Positions 61,315 to 64,000 of a stretch of DNA of 64,000 nt are shown one piece after another (the first letter of the stretch is position 1; each line of letters begins with the position of its first letter). The position numbers were made by a program, and so were the translations under genes. The stretch lies in contig NW_019029001.1 in NCBI RefSeq assembly GCF_002105155.1, positions 62,001 through 126,000 on the forward strand, written 5' to 3'. The stretch comes from Lobosporangium transversale (taxonomy: Eukaryota). Below the pieces are notes generated by a model. The model was not told where the DNA came from and searched no databases. It saw only the letters and a list, made by a program, of their open reading frames with translations.

Positions 61315-62163
61315 CGATGTTACTGCAGCCGGTACTTGTGTAGTTGTTATATCCACCTATTCCTTTACTTCAGTTGTCAGCACATCATAACAGGGACGAA
61401 ACGTGAGTGGTGCTGACAATGCAACTCATTTGACCTTTTCTTCTCACGATCTCATGAACTCACCAAAAGCCGTTCAACATAATCTATTAAGTGAAAAAAT
61501 AATGATGATAATAAAGAACAATAATAAAAAGCTTTTTGCGCCTTCTAACCTTGGCTTGGATAGCCATATCTCGCCATGTTCCTTGAAGCGAACGACCTAG
61601 AAGAAAGCAAAGGGTAGAGAGGAGCCTTGAATTTCCTTATTCTAATCGCTACAAGAGCTACCGACCATCAAATTCTAGTAGTCTTTGAGACGATTAGCAA
61701 GATTCTCACGAACATGAATGATAATGATTGAGTACCAACTCTGTGTGACATGCATGCTCTTTCATCAGAATAAAATACGTTCATAACCAAATGATGAGAA
61801 CAACTGTGAATAAATAAATGTTGACATGCCTCATCCGTATGGGCCACAAGTATACTGACACACTCTATGCGTTAATGTTTAGTTTTCTTTGGGAACCCAA
61901 TCTTGTATTCAGGTGATCAGATAGCTAAGTGTCTAAGTGTTCTCTCAAATAGCATCAAACGATATTCTTTCATTTCCATTTATGGGGTTGAATACCGTTG
62001 CAAAAGTGTGACCAAGAGATATTAATTGATTCTCCCTTTTTCTTCATTCCCACATTCTCTTGCTCCTCTCCTCTTTCTCCACTTTTACTCACGCCTTGTT
62101 TTTTTTTTTTTTTCATCTTCGCCTTCAACTGCCCACTTGAACAACGCTTATATTTCATCCATC

Positions 62164-62858
62164 ATGGGTCTCTCCAAGCGCATCGCTGTCGCTTGCGTGC
62201 TCTCGCTTGCTACCTCTGCTTTACTCTTCTCTTCTCCTACTGCTCAAGCATCGCCTGCACCCGCGCCTGATTCATTCAATTCACTCCTCAATGAAGCTGA
62301 CCACTTTGTGGACCAGAGCATTCGTGATCTCGAATTCAATTGGGATAATATTGAGGAAAAGGTCCACGGTGTCCTTGACGACCTTTCCGACAAATTCAAG
62401 TCCAAAGTTGGCAAGGCCACAGAATGGGCCCGCACTCTCACTCACGAGAGCTTCCCTGGCGTACAGATGCGTCTAAAGGAGCCCAAGCTTTGTGACCCTC
62501 ATGTCAAGCAGGTAAAATGATTAAAATTATCGCATGAGAAGAAGAAAGCAGACTTGTAGAGATATGGGTATATGAGTAAGGAGTCTTAGGGAATTATCTG
62601 GATCCGCGTCTCCATGATCCTTATGTTATTATTTTTTTGTCTTTCCTGTCCATCTTGTCACCTGTTTTCATCTTGCGCTTGCTTTCTATCCTACTATATG
62701 TATCACTTTTTTTTTTTTGCTGCTATTGTTACGCGTGTTTATGAATATGAATGGTGTATTCGCCATGAATCCCGAAGTCAAGTTTTTTAAGCGTGTGTAT
62801 ATAAATAGGAGTCTTTGAGGGTGCGACATCAGTAATGGTGATATCTGATATCACTCGC

Positions 62859-62892
<34 letters not shown>

Positions 62893-64000
62893 ATTTGAGT
62901 TAAGAGCCCTTAGCAGTGAATAGATGAATAGATGAGGAAACAGGGGGATCACACAATGTTATGCTGTTATGCATTGCATCAGTTGTTAGTAACAAATCCT
63001 TCATGTTGTTTATTATGTGTAGTATTCTGGATATCTTGATGTCGGAAGCGATAAGCATTTCTTCTTCTGGTTTTTCGAGTCTCGCAACAAGCCCAAATCG
63101 GATCCTCTGACTCTCTGGCTCAATGGCGGTCCAGGCTGCTCGTCTCTTACTGGATTATTCATGGAGTTAGGCCCTTGTAGTGTTAAGGAGGATGGATCTG
63201 ATACCGTCTATAACCCTTATTCTTGGAACTCCAATTCGTCTATCATTTTCTTGGACCAGCCCACCAATGTTGGATATTCCTACGGCGACTCTGTCTCCAA
63301 CACCTTCACTGCTGCCAAAGATGTCTATGCTCTGCTTCAGGTCTTCTTCAAGGAGTTCCCTGAGTACCAGCGTCTGGACTTCCACATTGCTGGAGAGAGT
63401 TATGCGGGGCACTACATCCCAGCCATTGGCAAAGAAATCAACGACAATAACAAGAAGCTCGCTATTCCCTTGTATCGTGCTCCTGGTGTTCAACATATTA
63501 ACTTGGCATCACTCTTGATTGGTAATGGATTGACAGATCCCAAGACTCAGTACGAGTACTACCCAGAGATGGCTTGCAGAAACTCTTACGGCCCTGTCTT
63601 GAGCGATGCTCAGTGCGACCAGATGACTGCCGCGTATGACACCTGTGCTGATTTAATCCAGGCTTGTTATGACACCAACTCTGTATTCCGCTGCTTGCCC
63701 GCAGCCTCATACTGCAACAGCAAGATGATCGCCCCCTATCAGCAATCTGGACAGAACCCCTATGATGTTCGCAAGAAGTGTGAGGGCGGTGGAGGATTGT
63801 GCTACCCTATCTTGGATGCCATTCAAGATTATCTTAATAGAGATGATGTTAAGCAGGAGCTCGGTGCTCAGGTTGATGAGTACAAATCATGCAATATGCA
63901 GATCAACATGCGCTTTATGCTTCAAGGTGACTGGATGAAGCCTTTCCACTTGATGGTTCCTGACTTGCTCCACGATGGTGTCCGTGTCTTGCTGTATTCT
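62164..64000 (+). CDS. PRC1: Carboxypeptidase Y-like serine carboxypeptidase (S10), truncated by the window end
   Basis: Signal peptide and propeptide, [36 protein letters not shown], and catalytic [14 protein letters not shown]. Confidence 0.93.

Noticed and set aside
2426..63710. Many ORF-track entries antisense to or overlapping real genes (e.g. 2426-2878, 32128-32775, 52663-53010, 63167-63496)
   Set aside because: They are shadow frames of the supported genes or intron read-throughs with no recognisable motifs.

Overview
Eukaryotic, intron-rich, gene-dense fungal genomic DNA with many A/T homopolymers. The gene content and style suggest an early-diverging fungus (Mucoromycota/Mortierellaceae-like); this is inference, not a database result. 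About 20 protein genes can be reconstructed: EDC4/Ge-1-like WD40, PIG-U, a RING+BRCT BRCA1/BARD1-like protein, PARN, a CDF zinc transporter, Sec61alpha, a Myb/SANT-like protein, an MFS transporter, a BRF2-like TFIIB-family factor, a HotDog thioesterase, RPS23, an AMID/FSP1-like oxidoreductase, proteasome beta3, CCT5, HAUS6, a GNAT, a PRXL2/SelU-like redoxin and carboxypeptidase Y. An accessory island at about 8.6-16.5 kb surrounds a tRNA-Val(AAC) gene. It holds duplicated and inverted repeats, a Mutator-type MITE with a perfect 9-bp TSD, a tRNA-like head and a stack of 5'-truncated, poly(A)-tailed LINE 3' ends. The most striking signal is a 135-bp insertion at 14923-15057. It consists of an HDV-like ribozyme fold, a LINE 3' tail and poly(A), is flanked by a 20-bp target-site duplication, and begins exactly at the predicted self-cleavage site. 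It looks like a minimal ribozyme-headed retroposon. Exon boundaries were read by eye and are approximate.
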